Assembly: GCA_963804165.1 (NCBI GenBank)
Contig: CAWDPO010000010.1
Coordinates: 32,001 to 96,000, forward strand
Source: an uncultured delta proteobacterium
Lineage (GTDB): Bacteria; Desulfobacterota; Binatia; UBA9968
Length of the DNA stretch: 64,000 nt
Direction: 5' to 3'
The notes beneath the pieces were generated by a model. The model made no database searches and was not told where the DNA came from. It was given only the letters and a program-made list of their open reading frames with translations. Below are positions 29,237-39,051 of this stretch, piece by piece. How positions within the stretch are numbered: the first letter of the stretch is position 1; every line of letters starts with the position of its first letter. Made by a program: the position numbers and the translations under genes.

Positions 29237-29284
29237 TAAAGAGACAGGGAAATTCTTTTCTGCTCGTATTCTTTATACACGAGG

Positions 29285-30304
29285 TCATCGTGTCTGCTCC
29301 CGATACACGCCGATCGCCTCTTGCAGCGGGCGGTCGGTGGTCGAGAAAAGAACTGCGGGAACGTTTGCCGAAGAATTTTTATGGTGGTGCCAGCTCCAAT
29401 TCGGCACGACAAAGAAGTCTCCCGCGTCCCATTCAAGTTTTTCGCCTTCGACTTCGCTGACACCGCTACCTTCGACGGCGTAGTAAAGCTGATTCGACGT
29501 GTGGCGGTGTTCTTGCGTTTCCTTCCCGCCGTCGAGCATTTGAATCCAGCAGGAAAAAGTTGGAAACGTCGAGCCGCCGGTCACCGGATTGCGATACTCA
29601 AGGCATTTGCCGTCGTACTCGCTTTCGCTCCCCGGCAGCATTTCGGCCAAGGCGCGGCGGGTCTCGTGCCATTTATAGACAAGAGATTTCAACGGCCGGC
29701 CCGGCGGCGCGAGCAGACCGGGATTGCGCACGGCGGTGTCCACCGGGCTATTGTAAAGCCGCACGTCTTCGGCGGGATGCGGCTCCTGAAACATCGTGCG
29801 CAGCATGCGCATCAAACCCGAGTCGAGACAGTCGATCCAGATCGCGTCGCGCTCGGTTTCGTTGATGTGGTTGTGATATCCCCAACTCGGTTGAATCACT
29901 AAATCGCCGCGCTCCATCACGCATCTCTCGCCGTCGGTGATTGTGTAGACGCCGGCGCCGCCTTCGATGACGAAACGCATGGCCGCGTTGGTGTGGCGAT
30001 GGGAATAAACCGCCTCGCCCGCCTTGACCAGTTGCACGGCCATGTTCAACGTGTGGCTGGTGCTGTCGCTCATGTTGGGATGAACCAGGCTGATGGCGCG
30101 GCGCGCGCCTTTATAATTGGTCGTAATGAGCTTGCCCGCCGCTTCCAGCCCCGTGCGAATCTTTGCCCATTTCCATAGGATCGGCTTGCCGAACGGCGCC
30201 GGCTCGCGGCGTATCGTCTCCTCGCGCGCCCAAAGGCCGCGCATGGAATCTTTGGCCAATTCGGCGTCGAGAGATTTGAGATCGGTAATTTGATCAGAAC
30301 TCAT
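29285..30304 (-). CDS. Gentisate 1,2-dioxygenase-like bicupin
   Basis: RRAISLVHP, HRHTNAAMRFVIEG, WGYHNH, YRNPVTGG, HRHTS, VPNWSWHHH. Confidence 0.85.
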   Translation of the reverse strand: MSSDQITDLKSLDAELAKDSMRGLWAREETIRREPAPFGKPILWKWAKIRTGLEAAGKLITTNYKGARRAISLVHPNMSDSTSHTLNMAVQLVKAGEAVYSHRHTNAAMRFVIEGGAGVYTITDGERCVMERGDLVIQPSWGYHNHINETERDAIWIDCLDSGLMRMLRTMFQEPHPAEDVRLYNSPVDTAVRNPGLLAPPGRPLKSLVYKWHETRRALAEMLPGSESEYDGKCLEYRNPVTGGSTFPTFSCWIQMLDGGKETQEHRHTSNQLYYAVEGSGVSEVEGEKLEWDAGDFFVVPNWSWHHHKNSSANVPAVLFSTTDRPLQEAIGVYREQTR

Positions 30305-30331
30305 GATCTTGGTCCTCTTCGCACCAAATGA

Positions 30332-30354
30332 GGGCGACCGCCGGTCGCCCCTAC
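30332..30354. repeat. GTAG-type REP palindrome
   Basis: gggcgaccgccggtcgcccctac; similar units at ~1952-1976 and 27008-27235. Confidence 0.7.
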
Positions 30355-30356
30355 GT

Positions 30357-31547
30357 CTATTGATCGGCCAGATGAAAATATTTCACCGCGTTGCCCACGG
30401 TCATTTTCCATAGCTCATTTTCGCTAACGCCGGCGAAATTTTCCGCGATCACTTTTCGCGAGTTCGGCCAGTCGGATTCGAGATGAGGAAAATCGCTCGC
30501 CCACATGACATTGTCGACGCCCATCTCCTGGCGCGCGATGCGCACGCCGACCGGATTGCGATTGAATCCCCAGTGGCAGTGCTCGCGCGCGTATTCGCTC
30601 GGCATGCGCTTGAGCCGCGGCAAGCCCAAAACGCGCTCCGCCCAGAATTGCTGCCTGCCGTACTCATTGTCCATCTGATCCATCCAGTTGGGCACCCAAC
30701 CGATCTGCACTTCCGCCACATAGATATATAACTTCGGGAAGCGCTCGAAAGCGCCGCCCCAAATCATCTGCACGACTTGTTTGCTGCCGCGGAAACCGTA
30801 TTTATTGAATCGCTCGATCACGTCCGGCACGTGATGCTCGGGATCGGTCTGGCGCGGATACTTGAACGACCGCCCGGTGGCTGCGGGCTGGCCGCGTCCC
30901 CGCCGTGGAAATCCGAACTCGACATGAATCGTCAGGGCCACGTTGAGATCGACCGCCGCGGCCCAAAAGCGATCGTCGCCCACGGTCGGATGCCCGTTGC
31001 CGGCGGGAAAGTTGTCGATGGCAACGGCTTTAAGACCGCTTTTCGCGCAGTGTTCCAACTCGGCGACGGCATCGTCGATATTGGTAATCGGAATGACGCC
31101 GATACCGATCAGCCGTTCCGGCGCGCAGGAGCAGTATTCTTCAGAAAGCCAATCGTTGTACGCGCGCACGACCGCTTTGTAAGCGTCGTCGTTACGAATG
31201 CCGCGCCAAAACCCCGGCCCGACGTTACCCGGAAACAACACTTCAGCATCGACGCCGTCTCTATCCTGTTCGCGCAAACGTTGCTCCGGCGATCCGGTAC
31301 CAGGTGAGTTCTCGTAGTTGTTGCCGGGAAGAGGATCGAAGGGCCGGCGCTCTTCGTAGGGCATGCCACAGGAAATATTCGAAATTAAGCGCTCCAGCGG
31401 CTGGCCTTCTTGCAGAACCGCCAGCGTCCCATCTTCCAAGGTGATAACTTTGGGCGCGCGGTCACGAAACTTCTCCGCAACCCGCTTGGCATAGCGGTCG
31501 GGCCGGATCTCCAAATGAGAGTCGGCGGATATGCATTTGTACTTCAT
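30357..31547 (-). CDS. Amidohydrolase_2 family metal-dependent hydrolase
   Basis: ISADSHLE, QDRDGVDAEVLFP, AYNDWL, FERFPKL, MWASDFPH. Confidence 0.9.
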   Translation of the reverse strand: MKYKCISADSHLEIRPDRYAKRVAEKFRDRAPKVITLEDGTLAVLQEGQPLERLISNISCGMPYEERRPFDPLPGNNYENSPGTGSPEQRLREQDRDGVDAEVLFPGNVGPGFWRGIRNDDAYKAVVRAYNDWLSEEYCSCAPERLIGIGVIPITNIDDAVAELEHCAKSGLKAVAIDNFPAGNGHPTVGDDRFWAAAVDLNVALTIHVEFGFPRRGRGQPAATGRSFKYPRQTDPEHHVPDVIERFNKYGFRGSKQVVQMIWGGAFERFPKLYIYVAEVQIGWVPNWMDQMDNEYGRQQFWAERVLGLPRLKRMPSEYAREHCHWGFNRNPVGVRIARQEMGVDNVMWASDFPHLESDWPNSRKVIAENFAGVSENELWKMTVGNAVKYFHLADQ

Positions 31548-31745
31548 AAATCCTCTTGTAATCGAATCAGCGCCCGAATTACACCCGGCGTCGAAGGTTG
31601 TCAACGTCAGCAAACAAATTCCTTGCTGGACACCGGAAAATCAGCACAAACGACCGGTCACTCATTGCACCTCATTTGACGCGGAATAAATCGCGATGTT
31701 ATGAACCAAGTGTACTAGTGGACTGAATCAGGTGACTGGCGTCTA

Positions 31746-31817
31746 CCGTTCATGGTTCGGAAACCTCACCACGAACGGTTTTTCCTTAGTCCGCTCGCCC
31801 TGAGCGCGTCGAAGGGT
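31746..31817. repeat. CCGTTCG/TCGAAGG palindromic intergenic repeat
   Basis: ccgttcatggttcg..cacgaacgg..ccgctcgccctgagcgcgtcgaaggg; related copies at ~14388-14457 and ~24435-24460. Confidence 0.6.
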
Positions 31818-31891
31818 CTAAAATAGACAGACGCGAATCAACTGTTACAGTTCATCTGGTCGCAACCAACGCAGAGAGCGAGGACCTTCCC

Positions 31892-32917
31892 ATGCAAACC
31901 ATCGACGCCGACGCGCATGTCCTGGAAACCGAACAGACCTGGGAATCTATGGACGGCGCGGAGCGCAAATACCGGCCGCAGATCGTCGGAGCGACCGGCG
32001 GCACGTCGCAGGACGAGTACTGGCTGGTCGACGGCACACTGCGCTTAAAGTCGGGCAACGTCGGCCGCAACACGCCGCAAGCGTCGCGCGAGTTGCGCGA
32101 CGTGCCGGCTCGCCTCAACCACATGGATGAGCTCGGCGTCAGCATCCAGGTGCTCTATCCGACGCTCTTTCTTATACCGCTCACGCCGCGTCCCGAAGTC
32201 GAGTTAGCGCTTTGCCGCAGCTATAACCGCTGGCTCGCGGACATTTGGCAACAGGGAAGGGAACGGCTGCGTTGGGCCGCGGTAGTGCCGCTGACGACGA
32301 TGGACCAAGCCATCGCGGAAGCGCGTTTCGCCAAAGAAAATGGCGCCTGCGGTATTTTCATGCGCGGCACCGAAGGCGATTTGCTGCTGAGCGATCCGTA
32401 CTTCTTTCCGCTCTACGAAGAAGCTAGCCGTCTGGATTTGGCGATTTGTATCCACGCCGCCAACGGCAGCGCGACGCTGTATAATTACTACAAATATGAG
32501 ACCGTCGGCTTTTCAAAGTTCAAGTTGAATTGCGTCGGCGCGTTTCATTCCATCGTGATGGATCGGATTCCTGAGCGCTTCCCCAAGCTCCGCATCGGCT
32601 TTCTAGAAATCAGCGCCGAATGGCTGCCCTACACCTACACCGATCTGGCGAAACGTTTTCGTATTAAAGGCAAAGAACTAAAAAGCGACTTCCTGCGCCA
32701 GGATCGGCTTTACGTCGCTTGCGAAACGACAGACGACATCCCGTACATCGTAAATAAGCTCGGCGCTGACAACATCGTCATCGGCTCGGATTATGCGCAT
32801 GCCGACAGCGCGACTGAACTGCTGGCGATTCATAATCTGATCGCCGACCCGCGCCTCACTCCGTCGCTGGCAAAAAAAATCGTCAGTGACAACGCCCGAG
32901 CGCTGTACAATTTGTAA
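31892..32917 (+). CDS. Amidohydrolase_2 family protein
   Basis: IDADAHVLE, MDELG..QVLYPT, YNRWLA, ERFPKL, GSDYAH. Confidence 0.9.
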   Translation: MQTIDADAHVLETEQTWESMDGAERKYRPQIVGATGGTSQDEYWLVDGTLRLKSGNVGRNTPQASRELRDVPARLNHMDELGVSIQVLYPTLFLIPLTPRPEVELALCRSYNRWLADIWQQGRERLRWAAVVPLTTMDQAIAEARFAKENGACGIFMRGTEGDLLLSDPYFFPLYEEASRLDLAICIHAANGSATLYNYYKYETVGFSKFKLNCVGAFHSIVMDRIPERFPKLRIGFLEISAEWLPYTYTDLAKRFRIKGKELKSDFLRQDRLYVACETTDDIPYIVNKLGADNIVIGSDYAHADSATELLAIHNLIADPRLTPSLAKKIVSDNARALYNL

Positions 32918-33012
32918 CTGTCGGCGACATTTTTGCGCGGCCGATATCAGCCGTAACGATCGAGGAGCTGGAAGATCTTCCCTTCTCTTCAGGGATCACT
33001 CGAGAACTAATT

Positions 33013-34032
33013 ATGAAAAGATCAATTTTGGCGGGTTTTGACACCGTGGCCAGGCTTCTCCTTCTGATTGCAATCATTGCCCTCGTAGCAAAGGCGGCCA
33101 CCGCCGCGGAAACCGGCAAGGCTACGCCATTGCGGCTGGCTTACAGCGCCATCACCGTCAATCAGGCAATTCCATGGATCGCCTACGAAGCCGGCCACTT
33201 CAAAAGAAACGGCCTCGACGTTGAGCTGATCCACGCCAGCAGTATTCTCGCGCTGCAGGCACTCCTCGCGGGCGAAGTCTCGATCGCACAGTCGGTCACC
33301 GATGCCTGCGTCAGTTCCAATCTCAGCGGCGCCGATACGCTCTTTCTTGGCGCGATTCTCGACAAACCGCTCTACAGTTTTATCGTCAATCCAAAAATCA
33401 AAACCCCTTCCGATCTCAAAGGCAAACGCGTCGGTGTCACGCGCATAGGCTCCACTCCCGACGCTCTCGCGCGCGCGATGCTCAAGATGTGGAATCTTGA
33501 TCCCGCTACCGACGTGACGATCGTGCAGCTGAACGAAATGGGTCTATTGGTCCAGGGCTTGGTGAGCGGCGTCATCGACGCCGCGCCGATCTCGATCCCA
33601 AGCAACATTCGCGCGAAAAATCTAGGCTACACTGAGCTCTTCGACATGACCAAGATCGGCAAGACCTACATCACCGGCACCGTGGTCACCCGCAAGCGTT
33701 TTATCGACGGCCAGCGCGATACCGCAAAGCGATTCATGCGCGGCTTCCTCGAAGGCATGAAAACGTACTTGGAAGACGAAAACTTTAGCATCAAGGTTAT
33801 TCAAAAATGGACCCGGGCGAAAAACCGCGATGAGGTGAAGGAGGCCTACGCGCTCCAGGCAAAAAACATGCTGCGCATCCCGCGCACCTCGATCGACGGC
33901 GTCAAGACGATCCTCGAGGGAATGGAAAAACTTCCCGGCGCCAAAACCGCCGATCCGCGCCGCTTCATCGACTCCACGATCCTCGATGAATTGGAAAAAG
34001 AAGGATTCCTGAAAACCTTGTACAAGTCCTGA
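33013..34032 (+). CDS. NMT1/SsuA-like substrate-binding protein
   Basis: Signal peptide; GHFKRNGLDVELI, DLKGKRVGVTR, LDELEKEGF. Confidence 0.85.
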   Translation: MKRSILAGFDTVARLLLLIAIIALVAKAATAAETGKATPLRLAYSAITVNQAIPWIAYEAGHFKRNGLDVELIHASSILALQALLAGEVSIAQSVTDACVSSNLSGADTLFLGAILDKPLYSFIVNPKIKTPSDLKGKRVGVTRIGSTPDALARAMLKMWNLDPATDVTIVQLNEMGLLVQGLVSGVIDAAPISIPSNIRAKNLGYTELFDMTKIGKTYITGTVVTRKRFIDGQRDTAKRFMRGFLEGMKTYLEDENFSIKVIQKWTRAKNRDEVKEAYALQAKNMLRIPRTSIDGVKTILEGMEKLPGAKTADPRRFIDSTILDELEKEGFLKTLYKS

Positions 34033-34063
34033 GATCGCAAATGTTCGGGCACGCCAAATCTCC

Positions 34064-34190
34064 AGAGCGTGGCACAGTCGCGACTGCAGCAGAGTGTCAT
34101 TCTGAACGAAGTGAAGAATCTCACTGGTTCACAGTTCTTGAAAGACGAGATCTTCGGCTTCACCTCAGGATGACATTGTGACGCAGTTTT
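34064..34190. mobile_element. Degenerate inverted copy of the GAGACTGTGT MITE family
   Basis: aagacgagatcttcggcttcacctcaggatgacattgtgacgcagt matches the reverse complement of 29082-29132. Confidence 0.6.
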
Positions 34191-34213
34191 GACGTGAGAT
34201 GGGAGAAGACACC

Positions 34214-35206
34214 ATGCGATTGAAAGTGCCGATCGTTCTGCCATTGCTCTTGCTGACTCTGCTTCTGCCGGAAGCTGCGCTGGCGCAAACGCTTAAAGTT
34301 CCCTACGTCTCGATCTCCGGATTTCAAGCGCCGCTTTATCTCGGCGAGCGCGCCGGTCTGTTCAAGAAGAACCAACTCGAAGCGCAGCTTATCTACATGC
34401 CCGGCGGTTCTTTGATCGTCCAGACTTTGCTTTCCGGCGACGTCGGCGTCGCCAGCCTCGCGCCACCGTCGGCCGTGGCAGCGTGGGTGAAAGGCGCCGA
34501 GCTGGCTCTGGTCGCGGGCGGCATCGAGCGCGCGCTCAACGTGCTGATGGTCAACCCGAAGATCAAAAAACCCGACGACCTCAAAGGCAAACGGGTCGCG
34601 ATCAGCCGCTTCGGCTCGCTCTCCGATGTATCGCTCCGTGACGCTCTGGCGTTTTACAAACTACGGGCGACCCAAGATGTCCAGGTTGCCCAATTGGGCG
34701 GCCTCGGCGAGCGCATGACCGCGCTCACGTCCGGCGTCGTCGACGGCGCTATTTTGAATGTCGATCAAGTGTTTCAGGCAGAGAAGTTGGGTTTTCAAGT
34801 CTTGATCGACTTGCGCAAGTTGCCACTGACCTATTCGACCCAAGGCATTGTCGTCAGCAAAGAATTCCTGCGCGTTCAGCGCTCTGCCGCGAAACGATTC
34901 TTGCGAGTTTATATTGAAGGCATCAAGATTTTTAAGACCGATAAAGAATTCTCGATGGATACTTTGGCTCGTTATATCAAAACCAGCGACCGAGACATTC
35001 TCTCGAAAACCTATGACGTTTATCGGGACGCCTGGGAGAGCGTGCCACTGGTCAGACGCGACGGTATCCAGCAAGCCTTGGACAGCGTTCCAGAAGCCAA
35101 AAACGCCAAGTTGAATCTTGATAACCTAATCGACAACTCTTTGATTCATGAGCTGGAAAAGGAAGGATTTCTCCGAGAGCTTTATCCCGAGGGCGCAAAA
35201 CGATGA
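34214..35206 (+). CDS. NMT1/SsuA-like substrate-binding protein
   Basis: Signal peptide; GLFKKNQLE, DLKGKRVAISRFGS, ELEKEGF. Confidence 0.85.
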   Translation: MRLKVPIVLPLLLLTLLLPEAALAQTLKVPYVSISGFQAPLYLGERAGLFKKNQLEAQLIYMPGGSLIVQTLLSGDVGVASLAPPSAVAAWVKGAELALVAGGIERALNVLMVNPKIKKPDDLKGKRVAISRFGSLSDVSLRDALAFYKLRATQDVQVAQLGGLGERMTALTSGVVDGAILNVDQVFQAEKLGFQVLIDLRKLPLTYSTQGIVVSKEFLRVQRSAAKRFLRVYIEGIKIFKTDKEFSMDTLARYIKTSDRDILSKTYDVYRDAWESVPLVRRDGIQQALDSVPEAKNAKLNLDNLIDNSLIHELEKEGFLRELYPEGAKR

Positions 35207-35342
35207 GTGGAGCGAAGCCCAACAGAAGTTTCATGGTCAGGTCGCGCTCCGAGTTGGAGCGTTCGACAGGCTCTTGCGCCGGAAAGCTAAGATAAGTAAT
35301 TTTAATGCCAGAGGTGCGATTCACCGCGTTTCAGGAGTGAAC

Positions 35343-36179
35343 ATGCTAAAAACCACAGGCCTCATTGCCGGTCATTACGAGTGCCGCTCGCTTGCCGACA
35401 CTTTGCCGGTTTTTACCGATCTCGTGGCCATGGAAGTCATCGAGCGCAAGCCGGGTGAAGCGACGCTGAAGCATCCGAACACCGATTGGCGCTTGATTGT
35501 CCACGAAGGCGGGCCGAACGCGCCGGAAAAAGCCTTCGATAATCACTACGGCTTTCGGGTCGGCACGCACGAGGAAGTCGAGGCCGCCTGGAAATACGTC
35601 GAGGCTCACAAAGATAAATACCGGCTGACTAAAATCACCAAACCGCAGAGCGCGCACTTCGCCTACTCGATTTATTTCAACGAGCCCGGCGGCAACACCC
35701 TGGAGATCGAATACTACAATCCCGGCGGCGCGCTGCACGGCCGCTCGCACACCGCCGGTCACTGGGACTCTCCGCTCACCAGCGACCGCTTTCCCGGACG
35801 CGGTTATCTGCCGCAAGCTTTTACCCACGGAACCTTGCAATGTGACAACGTCGAGCGCAGCCGGCGTTTTTACGTCGAGGTTCTGGGATTGGAGATCGCG
35901 GCGGGTTTCAATACGGCGCAATACATCAAACACCCTTCGACGCCGTGGTACATCGTCGTGTTGCAGCGAACTCCACGGCAATACCTGGCTCCGGTGAACC
36001 GCTTCACGCTGCAGATGGCATCGACGGCGGATGTCGAACAAGCCCACCGCGAGTTTGCTGCCAATGGCAAAGAGATCGGCATCGCCGATCTCGGCAGGCT
36101 CGGAAGCACCGACGGCAGGGCGAATTTTATATTCAGCGACCTGGATAAAAACTGGTGGGAGCTGACGAGCGGGGCGTAA
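35343..36179 (+). CDS. Two-domain VOC/glyoxalase family protein
   Basis: RBS AGGAG; NHYGFRV, SIYFNEPGGNTLEIEY, HGTL..SRRFYVEVLGLE, DLDKNWWEL. Confidence 0.8.
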   Translation: MLKTTGLIAGHYECRSLADTLPVFTDLVAMEVIERKPGEATLKHPNTDWRLIVHEGGPNAPEKAFDNHYGFRVGTHEEVEAAWKYVEAHKDKYRLTKITKPQSAHFAYSIYFNEPGGNTLEIEYYNPGGALHGRSHTAGHWDSPLTSDRFPGRGYLPQAFTHGTLQCDNVERSRRFYVEVLGLEIAAGFNTAQYIKHPSTPWYIVVLQRTPRQYLAPVNRFTLQMASTADVEQAHREFAANGKEIGIADLGRLGSTDGRANFIFSDLDKNWWELTSGA

Positions 36180-36221
36180 ACCTGGTGCGTCAGCCGTCGT
36201 TATCGTCCAAGCACGTTTTTC

Positions 36222-36536
36222 CTACGTCATTCGCAACAAGATAATCCCCAGCACGACGAGCGCGACGCCGCAAAATATTTTCACGGTCACCGGTTCAGCG
36301 AAAATCACGCTCCCGGCAGCCACGGCCAGGAGCGCCTCCAACCCCAGGACCACCACGTAGCTCGGCCCCAGCGCTTCGTGTTTCATCGCCCATGCTTGAA
36401 CTAACGCGCCGGCGCTGAAAAGTGTCACGAGCCCAAGCGTAGGCAGCAATCGCGTCAATCCTTGGGAATATTTCATGAACGTGCCGCCGGCCACGTACAG
36501 CGCGGCCGCGACGGCATAGAATGCGATCATCTTCAT
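36222..36536 (-). CDS. SMR/DMT family small membrane transporter
   Basis: 104 aa, four TM segments; MKYSQGLTRL, SYVVVLG, GVALVVLGIILL; canonical TM1 Glu not seen. Confidence 0.75.
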   Translation of the reverse strand: MKMIAFYAVAAALYVAGGTFMKYSQGLTRLLPTLGLVTLFSAGALVQAWAMKHEALGPSYVVVLGLEALLAVAAGSVIFAEPVTVKIFCGVALVVLGIILLRMT

Positions 36537-36566
36537 ATTCCGAGTTTACTCCCTGTTATAGGCACT

Positions 36567-36604
36567 AAAAAAAAGGCCCAACCTGGATCACAGATCGGGC
36601 CTTC
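36567..36604 (-). terminator. Intrinsic terminator after the cytochrome c gene
   Basis: Minus strand aggcccgatctg-tgatc-caggttgggcct followed by a T-run. Confidence 0.7.
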
Positions 36605-36637
36605 TCTTATAGGCGCGTGATGCGTCTTGCTAATCGG

Positions 36638-36994
36638 TCAGTCGAATTTCAGTAACGGAATATCCTTTGCCGCCGCTGACGGCTTGACCGTTAAGAGATA
36701 CGCGTACATATCCGCCAACTCCTGATCGCTGACAAAATCTTTTCGATAAGCCGGCATATCTTGGCGCGGCGTGCGCACCTGAAGGGCGAAGGCCGGGTAC
36801 GCAAGCATTCCCGGCGTTAGTTTCGGTCCGACACCGCGGTCGGCGCCTTGACCGATAGTACCGTGACAGGTGTAGCACATGTATTTCATATAGCTCTGGT
36901 GGCCGCGCTGAGCCGAGCCCGCTGGCGGCGGCTCTTGTGATAACACCGGAGCCGCGACCAACGTTATCAAAACGGTTAGAAAAACAATCCGCAT
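36638..36994 (-). CDS. Periplasmic monoheme cytochrome c
   Basis: Sec signal; CYTCH heme motif; distal MPAY. Confidence 0.9.
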   Translation of the reverse strand: MRIVFLTVLITLVAAPVLSQEPPPAGSAQRGHQSYMKYMCYTCHGTIGQGADRGVGPKLTPGMLAYPAFALQVRTPRQDMPAYRKDFVSDQELADMYAYLLTVKPSAAAKDIPLLKFD

Positions 36995-37007
36995 CGTGAC
37001 TCCTCTC

Positions 37008-38897
37008 TCATCGTCCTTGGGAGACGACATCGATTAGCGCCGGCTCACCGCGCTTGACCACTGCAAGCGCGCGAGAGATTGCCGGACCCATGGCGGCGGG
37101 ATCGGTGATCGGACCGTCTCCATATACACCCATGGATTGCGCCAGTTTGGCAAAATCGACATTGGGATTCTCGATGGTCGTGCCGATGGCCGCGCTATCC
37201 ATACGACGGTTGTGCAACGCGGCCATTTTTTGCAGGTGCATGACTTCCTGGTGATAAGCGCGATTATTATGCACGATCATCAGCATCGGAATTTTGTGGT
37301 GCGCCGCGGTCCAGAGCGCGCCCGGCGCATACATCAAGTCGCCATCGCCTTCGATCGAAACAGTCAAAATACCCTTGTCCCGGTTGGCGAGTGCTGCTCC
37401 GACGGCGGCACCGCTACCGTAGCCTTGACCGGCGCCGCCGGAGCCGCCGATAAAATTATGATACTCGGTAGCCGGCCACAGATTTCGGTTCCACTGCACG
37501 CTGGAAACTGCGAGACACCACTTGTCATTCTTGATCGCGTTGTAGAGCACCGCCGAAAGCCGCGCCGTGCTGCATGGGCTCGCATCCCAACCGACACTGG
37601 CTGCCGAGCGCGCGCGCTCTTTCATCCGGCCGTAGTCTTCGCGCAGCTTCGTCGCGCGATCGGCGATTGTCGCGCGCTGCGCCATACCGCTGGCCTTCTT
37701 GACCGCCTCGATCAGTGCCGGCAGCGTCGCCTGGGCATCGCCAGAGATCGGCAGATCGGACGGCATAAAGCGCTGCATGTCCTGATAGTTCGATTTCGTC
37801 AGCGTGTCGCCGAGCGATATGTGAATAACCTTGACATCGGGTTTAGCCAGGCGGCGATATTCATGGTGCGGGTCGCTGACGGTATTAAATTGGCCCCAGG
37901 GATCGGCAACTTCAAGCAAGAGGGCAACATCGGCTTGGCCGACCAAGGAGCGGCGATCGCCACTGCGACAGAGAAAATGGTTCATGGGAAAATTCATGCG
38001 CCCGCCAATATCAACGACCGGCGCATTCAATGCCTCGGCCAGCTCGACCAGGCGCTTCATGCCTTCTTGGGAGCGACAAGCCCGGTCCGCCAAGATCACC
38101 GGATTTTGCGCCGCCACCAGCATCTTGGCCGCTTCTGAAACTGCGCCGCTGTCGCCTTGGGGCGGAATCGAAAGCGTGAGCTTGGGAATGGTCAGTTTCT
38201 TTTCCTCGTAGATTGATCCTTCGGCCAACACGCCGTCCGCGGTGATCAACACTGGACCCATCGGCACGGTCGTGGCGATCTTGTAGCCACGAATGACCGA
38301 CTCGGCAAAGTGCTGCAGCGATAATGGCTGATCGTCCCACTTGGTAAAGTCACGGAGCAACGCCGCTGGATCCTGCACACAGTGGTACCACTCGACGCCG
38401 GGCCGGCGTTTAGCTGCATCGAGAAAATTGCCGGCAAACATCATGATCGGCACCCGATCGCACCAGGCGTTGTATACCGCCATCGCCGCATGCTGCAGTC
38501 CGACCGTGCCATGCGCCATCATGCCCATCGGCTTGCCTGCTGCCTTGGCGTATCCTTGAGCCATGCCGACCGAGGTCTCTTCGTGCATGCAGGTTAAAAA
38601 CTCGGGCTTTTTATTGCCACCGTAGTTGATGATGGATTCCTGTAGGCTGCGAAAGCTCGACCCCGGATTGGACGCGACGTACTCGATGCCAGTGGCTTTG
38701 ATCACGTCGACCATAAAGTCAGAGCCGGGCCGGCTGATGATCTTATCTCGACTTGGCGCGTTCTCTTTGCCGTCAGAGTTTGACTCGGCGGCCTGTGCCG
38801 GTGTGTTTGCCGCCGCCACTTGTGTCCCGATAACCGCCGCTGCGGTAGCCGCGGCTCCTTTCAGAAACGCACGACGATCAAAAGCGTCTTTGCCCAT
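37008..38897 (-). CDS. Thiamine pyrophosphate-dependent enzyme (acetolactate synthase / benzoylformate decarboxylase-like) with Tat signal
   Basis: DRRAFLKG twin-arginine leader; NPGSSF, HEETSVGMAQGYAK, GDGD...NN TPP motif. Confidence 0.88.
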   Translation of the reverse strand: MGKDAFDRRAFLKGAAATAAAVIGTQVAAANTPAQAAESNSDGKENAPSRDKIISRPGSDFMVDVIKATGIEYVASNPGSSFRSLQESIINYGGNKKPEFLTCMHEETSVGMAQGYAKAAGKPMGMMAHGTVGLQHAAMAVYNAWCDRVPIMMFAGNFLDAAKRRPGVEWYHCVQDPAALLRDFTKWDDQPLSLQHFAESVIRGYKIATTVPMGPVLITADGVLAEGSIYEEKKLTIPKLTLSIPPQGDSGAVSEAAKMLVAAQNPVILADRACRSQEGMKRLVELAEALNAPVVDIGGRMNFPMNHFLCRSGDRRSLVGQADVALLLEVADPWGQFNTVSDPHHEYRRLAKPDVKVIHISLGDTLTKSNYQDMQRFMPSDLPISGDAQATLPALIEAVKKASGMAQRATIADRATKLREDYGRMKERARSAASVGWDASPCSTARLSAVLYNAIKNDKWCLAVSSVQWNRNLWPATEYHNFIGGSGGAGQGYGSGAAVGAALANRDKGILTVSIEGDGDLMYAPGALWTAAHHKIPMLMIVHNNRAYHQEVMHLQKMAALHNRRMDSAAIGTTIENPNVDFAKLAQSMGVYGDGPITDPAAMGPAISRALAVVKRGEPALIDVVSQGR

Positions 38898-39051
38898 GAC
38901 GTACCTCCGAAGTTGAAAACTAGCGTCGCTATTGGATCTGGAAGTGAATTACCACCGGACCCGACGGTCCCCAAGTTGGGATAGACGGTAGCCGAAACCA
39001 TGCTTTGCTGTCAACGGATAATTTGACACGGATAATTTGACGCGAGTGCCC

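Noticed and set aside
36537-36637. Guanidine riboswitch upstream of the SMR gene
   Set aside because: Only a terminator-like hairpin is visible; no ykkC or mini-ykkC (ACGR loop) motifs.
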